This document shows, one piece after another, positions 1 to 11,473 of a stretch of 20,000 nt of DNA. The number at the start of each line of letters is the position of its first letter. Position 1 is the first letter of the stretch. The position numbers and the translations under genes were made by a program. The notes under the pieces were generated by a model that saw only the letters and a list, made by a program, of their open reading frames with translations, made no database searches and was not told where the DNA came from. Source of the stretch: an uncultured virus (IMG/VR IMGVR_UViG_3300034759_000219) (taxonomy: Duplodnaviria > Heunggongvirae > Uroviricota > Caudoviricetes); IMG/VR virus record IMGVR_UViG_3300034759_000219. One strand, written 5' to 3'.

Positions 1-3000
1 TTTAAGCCAAACATGTTAGCCACAGCATAGACACGATATGCGGTGTTACACAGGAAATTGAAACAATCGTACGATACAAAAACCGTTGAAGCTGTGGTTT
101 CACAATTAGAAAAAAGAGACTAGATAGATAGAATCGCAATGTAGGCTGTAGTAGCTGTAGAACTCGGGTGTTGTAGAACTACGCCTGCAGATTTGCACGC
201 TCTCTCAGATGGTGATATTACAGCCTAGTCGTTTTCTGCATAGGTATAGCACATGTATTCAATTCGAGACTAGATTGGCACTTCAACATTTGACGGAATA
301 TTTTCGTATACATTGAGGTCTGACTTATAGCAAATAGTACGTGACCTAGCCGTCCAATCTCGAGATGAACTAACAAGTAGAGAAAACGATTCTACAATAC
401 TTGGCGGCGTCGGCTAGATAATAAGGCGGTCTACAGACAGCTCGTCGCTATTGAAATATATAAAAGACAAGATGGTCATCTATCATAGTATTTCTCAGGA
501 CCAACTCAATATAGGTCTCAATATAGGTGGCGCTCCAGGTGGCAGTCGCACATCTTCAGATATGCCATCACAGCAAAATTTGTATCACTAGTAGTACTGC
601 TGTTACTCGAAACTTGTCGATTAGGTCTAGTCTGATGTTTAGAATTAGTACTATGTCACCGTACTTATGGTAGATGATGTAGACTCATTGCAGACATTAC
701 CAAAGTTATCCAGATTTGGCAGGTGGCTAGATGGTTAGGTTCACTTCATTTCGTGTCTCATAGAGATGCTACTGCAATTCTCTACGGATGAAATCCAGTA
801 GCTATTGCAGAGTGTAGGCATAGATGTTAAATAGTACAGTACTATACCATTTTAGTTGGACTACAGCTTAAGTGATATATTCACAGTTGCACATCCAGAC
901 AGGTTCACTTGGATATATGACCTAATCGAAAAATAGCTAAATATGCATAATACAGTCAAGCAGGCTATACGTACCAGCTTCCCAGGTAAGATAGATGAGA
1001 TATTAAGTCAAACTAGAGAGCTTAGAAGCGCAAAAGCACTATAGCTCATGGACTTTGAACAAGGTGGCAGTATAATAAACGAAGTTATACAACAAAAGTA
1101 CTTGAATGAGCCTGTTGCGACAGATATAGACACAGTTGCAAATGTACCTGTAGATGTCGACTTGGAAAAATTCAACAATTGGCTTGAGACGGTAAAAGGC
1201 TATGACTTTGATACATAGCAAAATAAGCTTGGTATCCAACCTGTCCTAAATGAGCTCAACCAATCACTGGCAATTGGTAGTTCAGCAATGATGTTCAAAA
1301 ACGTCCTTGCAATAAACTCCGCAGATTATTCAAGTTCGATATTATTCGAGTAGATGTACAACCTGTTGACAACTTCGTATGATATAGACTATCTGACACC
1401 AAACGCTCAGGTCTTGTTCATATACAGGCATGATATATAGCCAATATTCTATCCGCAATCGACTTAGGTAATCACATACAATTCTATATAGCAACTTAGC
1501 ATAGTCAAGCAAAAAGACAATCCTGTACATGTCGCAGATTTACTGCTTACAAACATGACTGGTGTAATAGACCCAGCTAATATATAGCTTGCTGTGTACG
1601 GAAAGACAGATTAGGTACCAAATTCAATTTAGAGGCTGTTCATAACAACTGGTGTCGAAATAGCTATACGACTTGGCTATGGCAGAAATATATCTCGCAT
1701 GCCAATTGTATTCCAAGGCTTTATCTAGGCAGTGCAATAGACAAACAATGCGGTGCATATAATTGCAGAAGGATATGGCGCATTATTAACAAGGTAGATC
1801 TTTGAAAAGCGAAAGCGAATTGGTGGCTTGGCATCTAACCCAATTGAGCTTGTATACTAGGCACTTAATAAGACTCAAGCTACACAATTCGGGCTAAAGG
1901 GCTTAATTGAGAACGTTGTAGCGAATGTCATGCAATTGAAATTAGACGATATGCTAGCTACGTCTTATGTAAATAAGCGCCTCCTACCGTTATTAAGAAC
2001 GACAGATTAGGTTGTGAACATATACTAGCCTACCGAGTACTATAATGGATATGGCAAGAGCTCGTACGGTGTATTCAAGAACTTTGAGACTTACTTTTGC
2101 GAATACAATGCGAAACCTGGTGATTCATAGTGGAAGCTTATACAAGACTAGGTAGACATGATGCCAGGTTATATAACTGGCTTTGTAGACTATGGTATAG
2201 GCCAGCAACGTGTGTTCTTTGGCAGACCGTTTGACCCTGCTAAGTTCACACCTACACCATTTACAGAACAGCAATTAAGCCAGCTTCAGAAGTCTGTCGA
2301 GTCAGTGTCTTAGCTTGAATTGCAAGACATAAAAGAGACAATTAAGCGTATACTTACAGAATGCAAAGAACTGCCTTTATTACCTGGTACACGCGAATAT
2401 TCAGAACAAGAAAAGCTTGAGATTGCACATTGGTTTGAGGACTAGCTAACTCGCATGAAAAACGAGTACAATTTCGCATCCCAAATCTTGGCTCAGTTTA
2501 AGAACAGTGAACTTGAGTCTGTCTTAGAGCAGTTAAACCCCAAAAACATACCGTTTTTCAGTTGGGATGTGAATGAACCAAGTAAGTTACGGATCATAGA
2601 CATGCTCAGAGAGTCTGCATAGGATTACACAAAGTAGTACCTATTCTAGGAGTATGTATATTAGCTTAGGAAGATACAAGAATTTGCAGATTGCTACAAA
2701 GATAAGCTATTAGCCTCAACACGAGCATAGCAGATAATAGAAAATACCACAATCTAGATAGACCAAACAGCTAGGTCGGCTACTGAGTATGCACTATTCA
2801 CACGACTTTCCAAGTCTGCACAGTATAGGGATATATACAATCGAGCTATAATTTTAGGTACAAAACCGTATTAGAGTATAGTACCTGTATCTAGCGAAAT
2901 AAATCTTATAGACAACTCCATAACTTTAACTACACGCGATATCGCAAATGAAGTAATTTTGTATTCGCCACCGTTCTTCCAAGATTGGTTCTTCTTAATT

Positions 3001-3876
3001 AGATTTGGATAGTGGATAGCAAATGCGCTGTCTGGATTCCAGGGTATAACAAAATACAATGGCAAGAACTACACTGTGACTACGATTACAGTAGATGACG
3101 ATATACCAGATGAATACAAAATTCAAAAGGTGGAAATTGTAGACTACGCAGAAGTGCTACAACAAAAAGTACTGGTTGGGACATCTAAACTCATGAAGCA
3201 CCTACAAACCATGTACGATGGCAATTTGACAATGCTTGGGTACCAGCTTTTGAAACCGCACGATAGGATTGTGCTAAATGACTCTGTAAATAACATGTAG
3301 GGCTGGTAGGTTGTTAGAGATGTCATACACAGGTACGATTAGCAAGTTGGATTTATAACACAGTTCAGTATAGAACCTGAGATTGAAGTGCGAGATTTGC
3401 ATGTGTCATCTCTGAAATAGCTTCTAACACGTACAATAATGGTTGCTACTGGCTTGTTACCTGTCATAGTCTGGGTATTCAGTGCGCCAATTGGGTAGGT
3501 TGTAACTGCATTTTAGCTTTCAATGAGCTTACAGCCGTTATTCAGTTCGTTACTTTAGAAGTACGTGCCAATTAGTCCATCGTTCAAAGCTGTAGATTCC
3601 GAATCGTCTTCATAGCAGATTTCACTTTCGCGAGTTGTAAATCCTATCTTTGTAAAGCCTATAGTGAAGTCGGGCATAATATACAGTGCTGGGCTGGAAG
3701 GTTCAAAATTTAACGAATAGGCAATTGGAGTATCTGGCTTGATAAACGATGCAAGAACAGGTATCAAGTACTTTACAGAAGGGCTCAAATAGTTCGGCTA
3801 GTAGTTCCAAGAAGGGCTTGCTATCTTAGAAGGTTAGATAGACATCGCACTCAAAGACCTGGAGAGTGGTATGTGA
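1..3876 (+). CDS. Large virion protein with baseplate-hub (gp27/gpD-like) motifs, 5'-truncated, >1290 aa, TAG read-through
   Basis: Frame +1 is interrupted only by TAG until TGA 3874-3876. Motifs LSIVKQKDNPVHVADLLLTN, IAIRLGYG..MPIVFQGFI..V..IIAEGYG and MYDGNLTMLG..LKPHDRIVLND..M*G..VRDVIH..GFIT resemble myophage hub proteins. It lies upstream of the gp25-like and J genes. Confidence 0.7.
505..528 (+). repeat. 12-bp perfect tandem duplication (CTCAATATAGGT x2), in-frame LNIG-LNIG
   Basis: Directly visible at 505-516 and 517-528. Confidence 0.85.
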
Positions 3877-4109
3877 TGTTTGTTAAATCGTACGATGTTA
3901 TGTCACTTGATATGCGCAGAGGTGTGGTAGAGATACAAGTTGAAAACGGTGAAGTTATCGAATATCCGTTTCAGTTTATTGGCATCAAAAACACAAAAAT
4001 AAGCTAGAGTGATGTCTCGGCTATGGTAATTGGCGAAGACAGGGTAAATGCAGTTGCAATCTTGTTCCCCAAGCATAAGCTTGTGACAAAACAGATTGAG
4101 CAGGGGTGA
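3876..4109 (+). CDS. Hypothetical baseplate-region protein, 77 aa (possible OB-fold like a spike N-terminus)
   Basis: TGATG overlap with the upstream gene. Begins MFVKSYDVMSLDMRRGVVEIQVENGEVIEYP, has 1 in-frame TAG, ends at TGA 4107-4109. Confidence 0.6.
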
Positions 4110-4113
4110 GCAT

Positions 4114-4467
4114 GTGGAGAATATCCTAAAACAGGTAGTTTAGTCTCTTGAGGAGTCTTAGCTGAAAAAGACATTCGAATCTGTTGTAATAGACACCATG
4201 AAAGGTGACAATTAGTTTATAAGGATACTTGGCAGTCAAATAGACATACATGGCACAAATGAAAACCATATCCGACTCGATGGCGAGACACAAGTTAGAG
4301 GCTAGCTCAGGTTTTTAGGTAGCCCAGATTAGTTAAAATTTGGTGCATTACACCAGATGTCGGGTTAGACTTTGTCCTTTGTACCGTCTACTGGTATATC
4401 GCCATTGCCAGTATTATAGCCACACAATCCAATTTAGCCAATTGTTTAGCTTATAAATGGTTTGTGA
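4114..4467 (+). CDS. Hypothetical baseplate-region protein, 117 aa
   Basis: GTG start after GGGGTGA. Open apart from TAG until TGA 4465-4467. Beta-rich middle segment FIRILGSQIDIHGTNENHIRLDG. Confidence 0.6.
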
Positions 4468-4476
4468 GGTGCAAAT

Positions 4477-4893
4477 ATGCGCGATATAAAGATTTCAAAT
4501 GGTGACATAGTCTTCAATGAAGCGGATTTTGCAAGTGCAGATAACTATTAGTAGGTTTAGAATGTAGTGCGAAATATAATTTTCACACGGCGTGGATCTA
4601 TGAAACAAAACACTACATTTGGCTCAGATTTATTACATAACAAAGCGATTTCTGAGCTGTAGGTGCGCTCTATTGATGACATTGCGTCTTATATAAAAGA
4701 AGACATGATGTACTCAATTTGGCTCACTAATCCAGGCTTGTATAAATTACTAAAGTGTGAGTATACCATAGACGAGGAAAACAAGACCATATACTGGCAG
4801 TTTTATATACAAGACAGCAGTGTCTTTGTACCATTGATGCTAGATGTCGGTACTGTACAGACGCAAATCGGTATAAAGTTAGTCTTCAAATGA
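4477..4893 (+). CDS. gp25/GPW-like baseplate wedge protein, 138 aa
   Basis: SD GAGGTG then ATG 4477. MRDIKISNGDIVFNEADFAS..V*NVVRNIIFTRRGSMKQNTTFGSDL matches the gp25-family T..G....FGS.L pattern. Directly upstream of baseplate J. Confidence 0.75.
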
Positions 4894-4902
4894 GGTGTTT
4901 TT

Positions 4903-6045
4903 ATGTTTGAATCTAAATCACTAAGCAGGATGATAAGCGATGTCGTAACAAGTATAGTATCAAAAACAAACATAGAGTCTGTAGAACCTGGTACAGTGCT
5001 TAGGTAGCTTATAGACTAGCAGGCATTGCAGGTATACGAATTACAAAGGTTTGTGTAGCTTTTGGCTTCATCTACCTTTTTAACAGAATAGTCAGGTCCA
5101 TTTTTGGATACGATTGCGACAATTTTTGGCTTAGCACGTCAGCCTTAGACAGTCGTCTAGTCTGTTGGTGGGATAAGGTTCTATACAGAAACTGGGGATT
5201 AGATTTGTAACTACATTAGTGATAGCTTCTTCAGTGAAAACCAGGTTATTGTGTATGACAAGTATGGCGGGTAGTATAACGTAGAACGCACCTAGATACC
5301 ATAGTACAAGATGTCACACCAATATGTCACATTAAACTAGACACCGATAGAAATAGCGAGAGAATCTATTTCGGCTGGCGAGATAAATTAGTACACACCT
5401 ACAATACCAGGTGTGTTGGTTACTAATACATCAAACCTACAACTTGTACAAAGCGCAGAAACAGATTCATAGCTTAGATACAGAATATAGTAGCATCTAA
5501 ATAGCTATAGAATGGCTACGTCTTAGTAGCTTAGGCTATAGTAGATGTCCGTACCTGGTGTCTAGGATTAGCGTGTTATTGAATTCCCACGTGGTATTGG
5601 ATCTGTGGACGTGTACATACTTGGGCTTGACATAAATACGGATGAATAGCTAATTCAACCTGTCTTGGAGTAGGTCAAGCCGTATGTTTAGGCTGGCATA
5701 GACCTAGATGTGAAGACATTTATAAAGACATACGTCATACTCGGCGGTATTGTAAGATAGGTTTAGAATGCCAATCAATAGAACGTATTAGACCAAATAG
5801 AGTCAGTTTAGCGGTCTGCGATAGACATAATCCAGCCTGGTGGTACAATGAACAAATTCGACTTATTGAGCCAAATAATTCGCAGTTGCGATCTTATCAA
5901 GACCATAGACGATTTTGCGGTTTATATAAAGTAGCCATCGAAATTTTAGGTGCCTAATAAGTTGTATTAGGACACCTATTATTGCTCTGAAAAGGAAAAG
6001 TTACTCTTAGCGCCCACAGACTGGCAGGTGTTTAAGATATTATGA
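4903..6045 (+). CDS. Baseplate J/gp47-like protein, 380 aa (31 in-frame TAG by manual count)
   Basis: SD GAGGTG. Motifs PGTVLR*LID*, FLTE*SGPFLDTIATIFGLARQP*T, AETDS*LRYRI, SVPGV*D*RVIEFPRGIGSVDVYI and V*AGI. Ends at TGA 6043-6045. Confidence 0.9.
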
Positions 6046-8099
6046 GACCAATCTTTGTCAAATATGACGGCCAGACACTGTCGTGGTTACATACCGCGCC
6101 ATAGCCGTACACTGTATATGTACGCAAATTTAAAGAGACTGCGTACAAGGTATTTGCTCAGACAGATCAAAATTCAATACCATTTAGCGATCTAGATGTC
6201 TAGATACAAATTAGACCAGTTGGCACATAGCCAAACTTTGAACAAGGCGATGATTACTACATATTTTCACAAGACAGAATACATACATCTCCAAACCTGT
6301 CGCTTTCCTTTCTAATGGACATATTCAGAAACTAGCTACCTGAATAGATTACAAAGCGGTTTTCAGATGTATCAAATGTCACACAACTTGCAGATTAGCT
6401 GTCCTAGCCTGGCGATTTTATAGCATTATCACTTCAGCGTGTATTTGCCGAGCGAAGTAAACTTGCCAGGATAGAGTTTAAACCTGCTAATAATTAGTAC
6501 ATAAAGTATGCTGGCAAATTTGATAACATATTCGCATTTGAGTATTCGCATTTGTTCAACACTGTAAGAGCTGTCAGACTTGTGTATAATCAAGCTCCAA
6601 CATTTCCTGATTCATACGTACCTGTGGTTGTTACAGACCTAAACATAGCGGATATATTCAGCACGAACGTGGTACATGAGCAAATAGAACGTGGCATAAT
6701 CTTTGAAGACAACTCAAAATGTTCCGTCCAATTTGATATGAACGCTTGCAAGCTGAACGTCATCTCACAGCTTACAGGTAGTGTTATATAGGACATGTCG
6801 TTTCCAGATGTACGCGAGCCTGGTGGATTTGAATTCGATTGGCACTATATATATATCTTGGACAACCATCTTAAGGTCATGCCGTAGCTTTACGATTACT
6901 AGGAGCTAGACTATGCGTATTTCGATTATTCTGGTCCATTTAAGCGCTTATTTATCTACCACATGCCAGAATACCAGACTTAGTACATGACACCAGTTGC
7001 AGAAATAAGAGTTGATGTACCACCAGAATGGAATATCGTGTAGATAAAGATGTTCAGTGGATAGATGCTATAGCTACTTGAAGATGGCAGAGTTTAGATA
7101 CTGTAGCCAAAATACTATTCATACTACAGTGCTGGCAGCAGTATAACAATCAATGACACGTTTTAGCAGGTATAGTTTTATAACAGCCAAACCAACAATT
7201 CAGTTATGTAGAGACTGAGAAAATTCAAAAAGTTACCAACAACCCTTGATGACTTGTTATACCTGTACGGTATGCACAGGTCTGAAGCTGAAGAGCCAGC
7301 TCGGTAGCTGTACAGGTTGTTTGTGGATATGCGCAACAACTAGCATGTGAACCAAACAATGATTAACCAAATCCTGCCAAATTAGTACTACCAAGTTACA
7401 AGCTTGAATGAGTTAGAATTAGAATATGGCAGTGACCTTATAGACCAGCTTGTCCAGATAGGCCAGCTACGTACATAGCCTACATTCAGTACATAGCAAT
7501 TTGATACATCTGACATAGCAACCAAACCTGCATTATAGCTTAAGAAGACGCGATATGATACTGGAGTATATGAAAACGCAGTTACTTCTATAGTCGACGC
7601 GATCCAGCGGCCTGTCATTATAAACAATGCCAACCCGATATAGGCTCTCAACTGTGAGTATATGTTTGTGAACGAGACTAGATAGTAGCTACAGGTTAAC
7701 AGTACAGATTGGCACGTGTTTAAACCTGGCAAGGTATGTATACAAGTATAGCCTTCTTAGTTGCAAAGTATAATACACCTTACCGAGCTTGATGCCTAGC
7801 TCGTATCGTCTAGCTTGTATGGAAAGAAGATTGTGCTATAGAGGTATCCATACGAACGAATACAAGTAGGCGACAAATACTTCAACGGCATAGGCCTAAT
7901 AAATGGCATGTACTAGTATTAGGTAGACAATACCGAGCTTGCCAAACCGCAAGTGTACTTTTATGGCGTTTGTGGGAATGAGCAATATCCACTAACTGCG
8001 TTTTCTGTAGACCAAGTTGCATATTAGTACATCTATGAAACAATTTAGCTTTCAATGCCATTAGAACAGTTTTATCTAGTCAAGGTGGTGGGTTCGTGA
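6042..8099 (+). CDS. Large baseplate/tail structural protein, 685 aa
   Basis: ATGA overlap with J. Frame +3 is open apart from TAG until TGA 8097-8099. LDDLLYLYGMHRSEAE resembles the LD..G..R..E motif of wedge (gpI-like) proteins. Confidence 0.65.
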
Positions 8100-8827
8100 A
8101 AGATATAGACCTGTTAAAGTAGAACAGGACTGTAACGTACATAACATAGTAGCACGTAGCTAACTATGTAACTGGCTTTGAGATCACGTACAATGTGTAC
8201 AAGCAGTTTCTAAAACGGCTTGTTGTGTTCGATGTCAGGACAAAGTACCATGAAAATGATAACTTTCAGCCATATCGCGCTAAAGTTGCATTTTGCGCAG
8301 GCGAGTTAGGTAACTACGACCCGGCAAAATTCGACCTTGCAAAGTTTTCATTTGACAGGTTCTAGAGTGAAATGTACCAATCTAGTACAGGATGGAATAT
8401 GTCATATTGGAACATCTTCGATACGCATATAGATTTTCGAGATTATGTGACTTAGCCGTGTATAGATTAGACATTATACGAGATTAATACGGCTGGCACA
8501 TTGCCATCTTTAGATGCAGATAACCCAAATGTGATAGTTGTGTCCTACAGACATGGCATACTTGTACCGAATATACAGCTTGTAAACGGCAAGTTTCAAT
8601 TTAGCTTCTCATATCCTGTCGATGACTATGAGCCACTTATTTGGTTTTACAACAGCAAGTTGACCTTATTCGTCCAAACGACAAACCTTGTACATATAGA
8701 TGGCGAAGTAGACGAGATGAGTGTTAGCTAGTATTGTAGTGTGCCATTAGATATCACACTAGATGAACTTGGTTATATGTAGATAGACCAGCATAATTAC
8801 AAAAAGGTTGTTGATATTTCACTCTGA
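8096..8827 (+). CDS. Hypothetical structural protein, 243 aa
   Basis: GTGA overlap with SD AGGTGG. Includes track ORF 8501-8731. Ends at TGA 8825-8827. Confidence 0.65.
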
Positions 8828-8864
8828 AAGGAGGACGTGCTGATACTTTACAGCACGAACAAAT

Positions 8865-9746
8865 ATGGTAACACTGCCATTTAAGATGTATCCGCCATAT
8901 TAGAAAATAATCAAGTCTGGACATGAAAGCAACAACGCTATACTATTGGCTATATAGGAAGCTGTAGACAAGACAGCAGATAAGTTGTTTTATATCCAAG
9001 CTCAGGGTAGACATCCAACTTATACAGTGACATACACAGACCAGCAGTTACCAGGTTATATATACACAAACGTTGTTCATCCTAAAACTGGTCTGCCATT
9101 GTTTTATATGCAAGAACTGCCATATTTTTCATTCAAGACGCAAGCTGAGCTAAATCAGTAGATTAAGCTTGTCTCGTCTTCCGACGAATAGGTCTCAGAT
9201 AAGTTGTATCATATAACTACAGACGATGGTATAAAGATCTGGACGAATATCAAGTCAAGTGACAGCGAAGTATTCTATATCCAGCTTGCGCCATATCCAA
9301 ATTCTGCGATTGGAGTCCAAAAGAAGATACTTTTAGATACGCGCATTACACAAGACTCATTTCAAAAGCCTAGTGAGTTCTAGTGGTAGTTAGATATCGG
9401 ATACAAAGAACGTTATGTACCAGAATAGCTAACCATAGACAACTAGATCCCACTTTTAGAGTTCACTCAAGACAAGTATACAGGCATATCAAGGCAGTAT
9501 GCATTGAAAATTGGCGAAGGTTTGTACAAGGTTCAGCCGTTGATGTACACTGAAGTATTTTGCAAATACAAAGTCACGTCTTATTCAAGCCATGGCTATA
9601 TGATGATAGACTCTGTCGAGCCTGTAGTTGAGGTATTGTGTGTATTCGAGTAGTTTGGTACACCGATATATACAGATATAAGGCAGGATTCATATTAGGC
9701 GTATGTCGCGCCATACCTTGGTGGTGAGTACCTTGAGCTCATATGA
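8865..9746 (+). CDS. Hypothetical structural protein, ~293 aa (start uncertain)
   Basis: Frame +3 is open apart from TAG from ATG 8865 to TGA 9744-9746. The strong upstream SD serves a different frame (see findings). Confidence 0.6.
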
Positions 9747-10167
9747 CACATCTGTGTTTGATGGCATCTACTAGGTTGGCTAGCCATAGATATAGGTATT
9801 GGTAAAATAGCAGGATTTATACAGTATATACCAGTACCTGAATGATACGTCTGTATTCAACCACATAAAATAGGCAGGCTCGTTCATACTGTTCCTAGAC
9901 AGTGACACATTGGTACCACTGTCTAACACTGTACAAAACTTCTTTCAAGATAGTTTGTCTGTTAATTTAAACGCGCATTAGTCTACTGACTCTGAAAATG
10001 CAAGCTTGTATATAAGTCTAGTAAGTCAATAGTCTGGTACGAGTACATAGTCTCAGCAAGCTTCCGAGTATGTACAAGTTACAAATGAACTCGAACCACC
10101 TTTTGTGTTTGGCAAGTCTGTGTTTTCGTCTGATAACTTCATTATGTCGTAGTTTTGCAAATCCTAA
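9733..10167 (+). CDS. Hypothetical protein, ~144 aa
   Basis: TTG 9733 after GGTGGTGA (GTG 9721 or 9724 are alternatives). Open apart from TAG until TAA 10165-10167. Confidence 0.55.
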
Positions 10168-10181
10168 TGTTAGTCACTACT

Positions 10182-10188
10182 GGAGGTG
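10182..10188 (+). promoter_or_regulatory. Shine-Dalgarno GGAGGTG for the tail-fibre gene, whose second codon is TAG
   Basis: GGAGGTG lies 5 nt upstream of ATG 10194, which is followed by TAG 10197-10199. Confidence 0.8.
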
Positions 10189-10193
10189 TGTGT

Positions 10194-10958
10194 ATGTAGT
10201 ACACTCCCGAGACAATCTACGTAGGCAAGATCATAGCTGCAGAATGGGGCCAAAAAATAGAACAGATGTTTCAACGCATGGGCAACTATATGGGTGTAGT
10301 AGACTCGGTATCATAGTTGCCCAATGTATCTGAAGCTGCCGAGTCAGATTGGTACATAGTTAGACAAGAGAGATAGATATATTAGAAGATAAATAACCAA
10401 TGGGAAAACATTGGCGGAGTCTCATATGACCAGCTGATAGGTACCGTGCCAAGGTCATAGCTATCTGGTACGTACGATATAGATATCACTGGTACATAGG
10501 CGCAATAGACAAAGCTATAGACGTAGCATACGATAAATGGCGTAGGTTTCGATGGCACACAGAACATAACAGTTACATAGACTACACCCAATAAGGTGAC
10601 ATTCAACTCATCTGGTGGATAGCAACCTGGCACTACATTCAACGGCTTGGCTTAGATTACAGTCTCATATGAAACAGTTGGAGCATAGTAGGCATCTCAT
10701 ACACATACAAATTACCTAAGCCGAGATGGCGGCACAATGAATACAACCACACTTGTGACTAATTTAAACGCAGACATGGTAGATGGATATCACTAGTCCA
10801 GCTTTTCACTGTCTTCGCATACGCATGATTCAACTTACCTCAACAAAGCAGGCGATACGATGACTGGCAATTTAAATTGTAATTAGGTGGTAAATTGCAA
10901 TTAGAATGCAAATAGCAGACTTGTATTACCGGTCGGGACAAATAAATATGCAACATGA
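10194..10958 (+). CDS. Phage tail fibre protein, 254 aa
   Basis: N-terminus M*YTPETIYVGKIIAAEWGQKIE. Fibre motifs T*AQ*TKL*T*HTINGVGFDGTQNITV, SYETVGA**ASHTH, NLNADMVDGYH*SSF, SHTHDSTYLNKAGDTMTGNL. C-terminus RLVLPVGTNKYAT, then TGA 10956-10958. Confidence 0.9.
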
Positions 10959-10968
10959 GGTGGTATGA

Positions 10969-11439
10969 ATGCCTGTAGCTGGATCTGTGTGGATAGAAGG
11001 GTGCAGTTTAAAATTCATAAACCAATATGGTGTATAGCGTGCCTTGACTGGTACATCACTAGGCTCGACAAGTGCTAAACCTGGGTCTGTATGGGTAAGT
11101 GGCGCTTACATATACTATGTGTGTCAGAATGCGCATATACACATGTGCAATTATAGATATACAAATATAGGCCCCATTCAGGGCAAGCCGGGCTCTGTTT
11201 GGATATCATCACAAGACTTATATTATGTAGATCAAGACGGAGTTATAAGGGAAGCATGTACTGGGTGTGAATAGTACTGCACGTGCGATATGTGTGCTGG
11301 ATGCGATGCGTATTGTTGCGGGGCATGTGATACGACATGCGATGGTTGTGACACATACTCGTTTTGTGGAACATGCGTTGAATGCGACGGGTGTGATGCA
11401 TATTCATGCTAGTGTATGGTATGCGATATAGGTGTCTAA
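10969..11439 (+). CDS. 156-aa protein with three GSVW repeats and a C-terminal Cys-rich CxxC[DE] repeat domain; putative radical SAM substrate or fibre-associated protein
   Basis: SD GAGGTGG. Repeats AGSVWIEG, PGSVWVSG and PGSVWISS. Last 60 aa are CTGCE*YCTCDMCAGCDAYCCGACDTTCDGCDTYSFCGTCVECDGCDAYSC*CMVCDIGV (18 Cys). Ends at TAA 11437-11439. Confidence 0.85.
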
Positions 11440-11473
11440 CAATTGAGTGACTTTAGCTAAAGGAGGCCTGCTG

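Noticed and set aside
5460..5580. TAG = Gln (code 15), pyrrolysine or Ser
   Set aside because: Gln or Pyl give implausible motifs (TSQQLRLQQMSVPGVQDQRV, a Gln within the holin TM helix, EQN for EAN), and CAA/CAG are already abundant. Ser is harder to exclude at single sites but fits worse than Ala at D*RV, *TKL*T*, E*N and the CxGCDAY repeats.
10070..10333. Track ORF 10070-10333 (+)
   Set aside because: It overlaps two better-supported genes in other frames (9733-10167 and 10194-10958) and has no SD.
11257..11439. Ferredoxin or multiheme cytochrome
   Set aside because: There is no CxxCH and no canonical CxxCxxCxxxCP motif. A metallothionein-like role remains a possible alternative.
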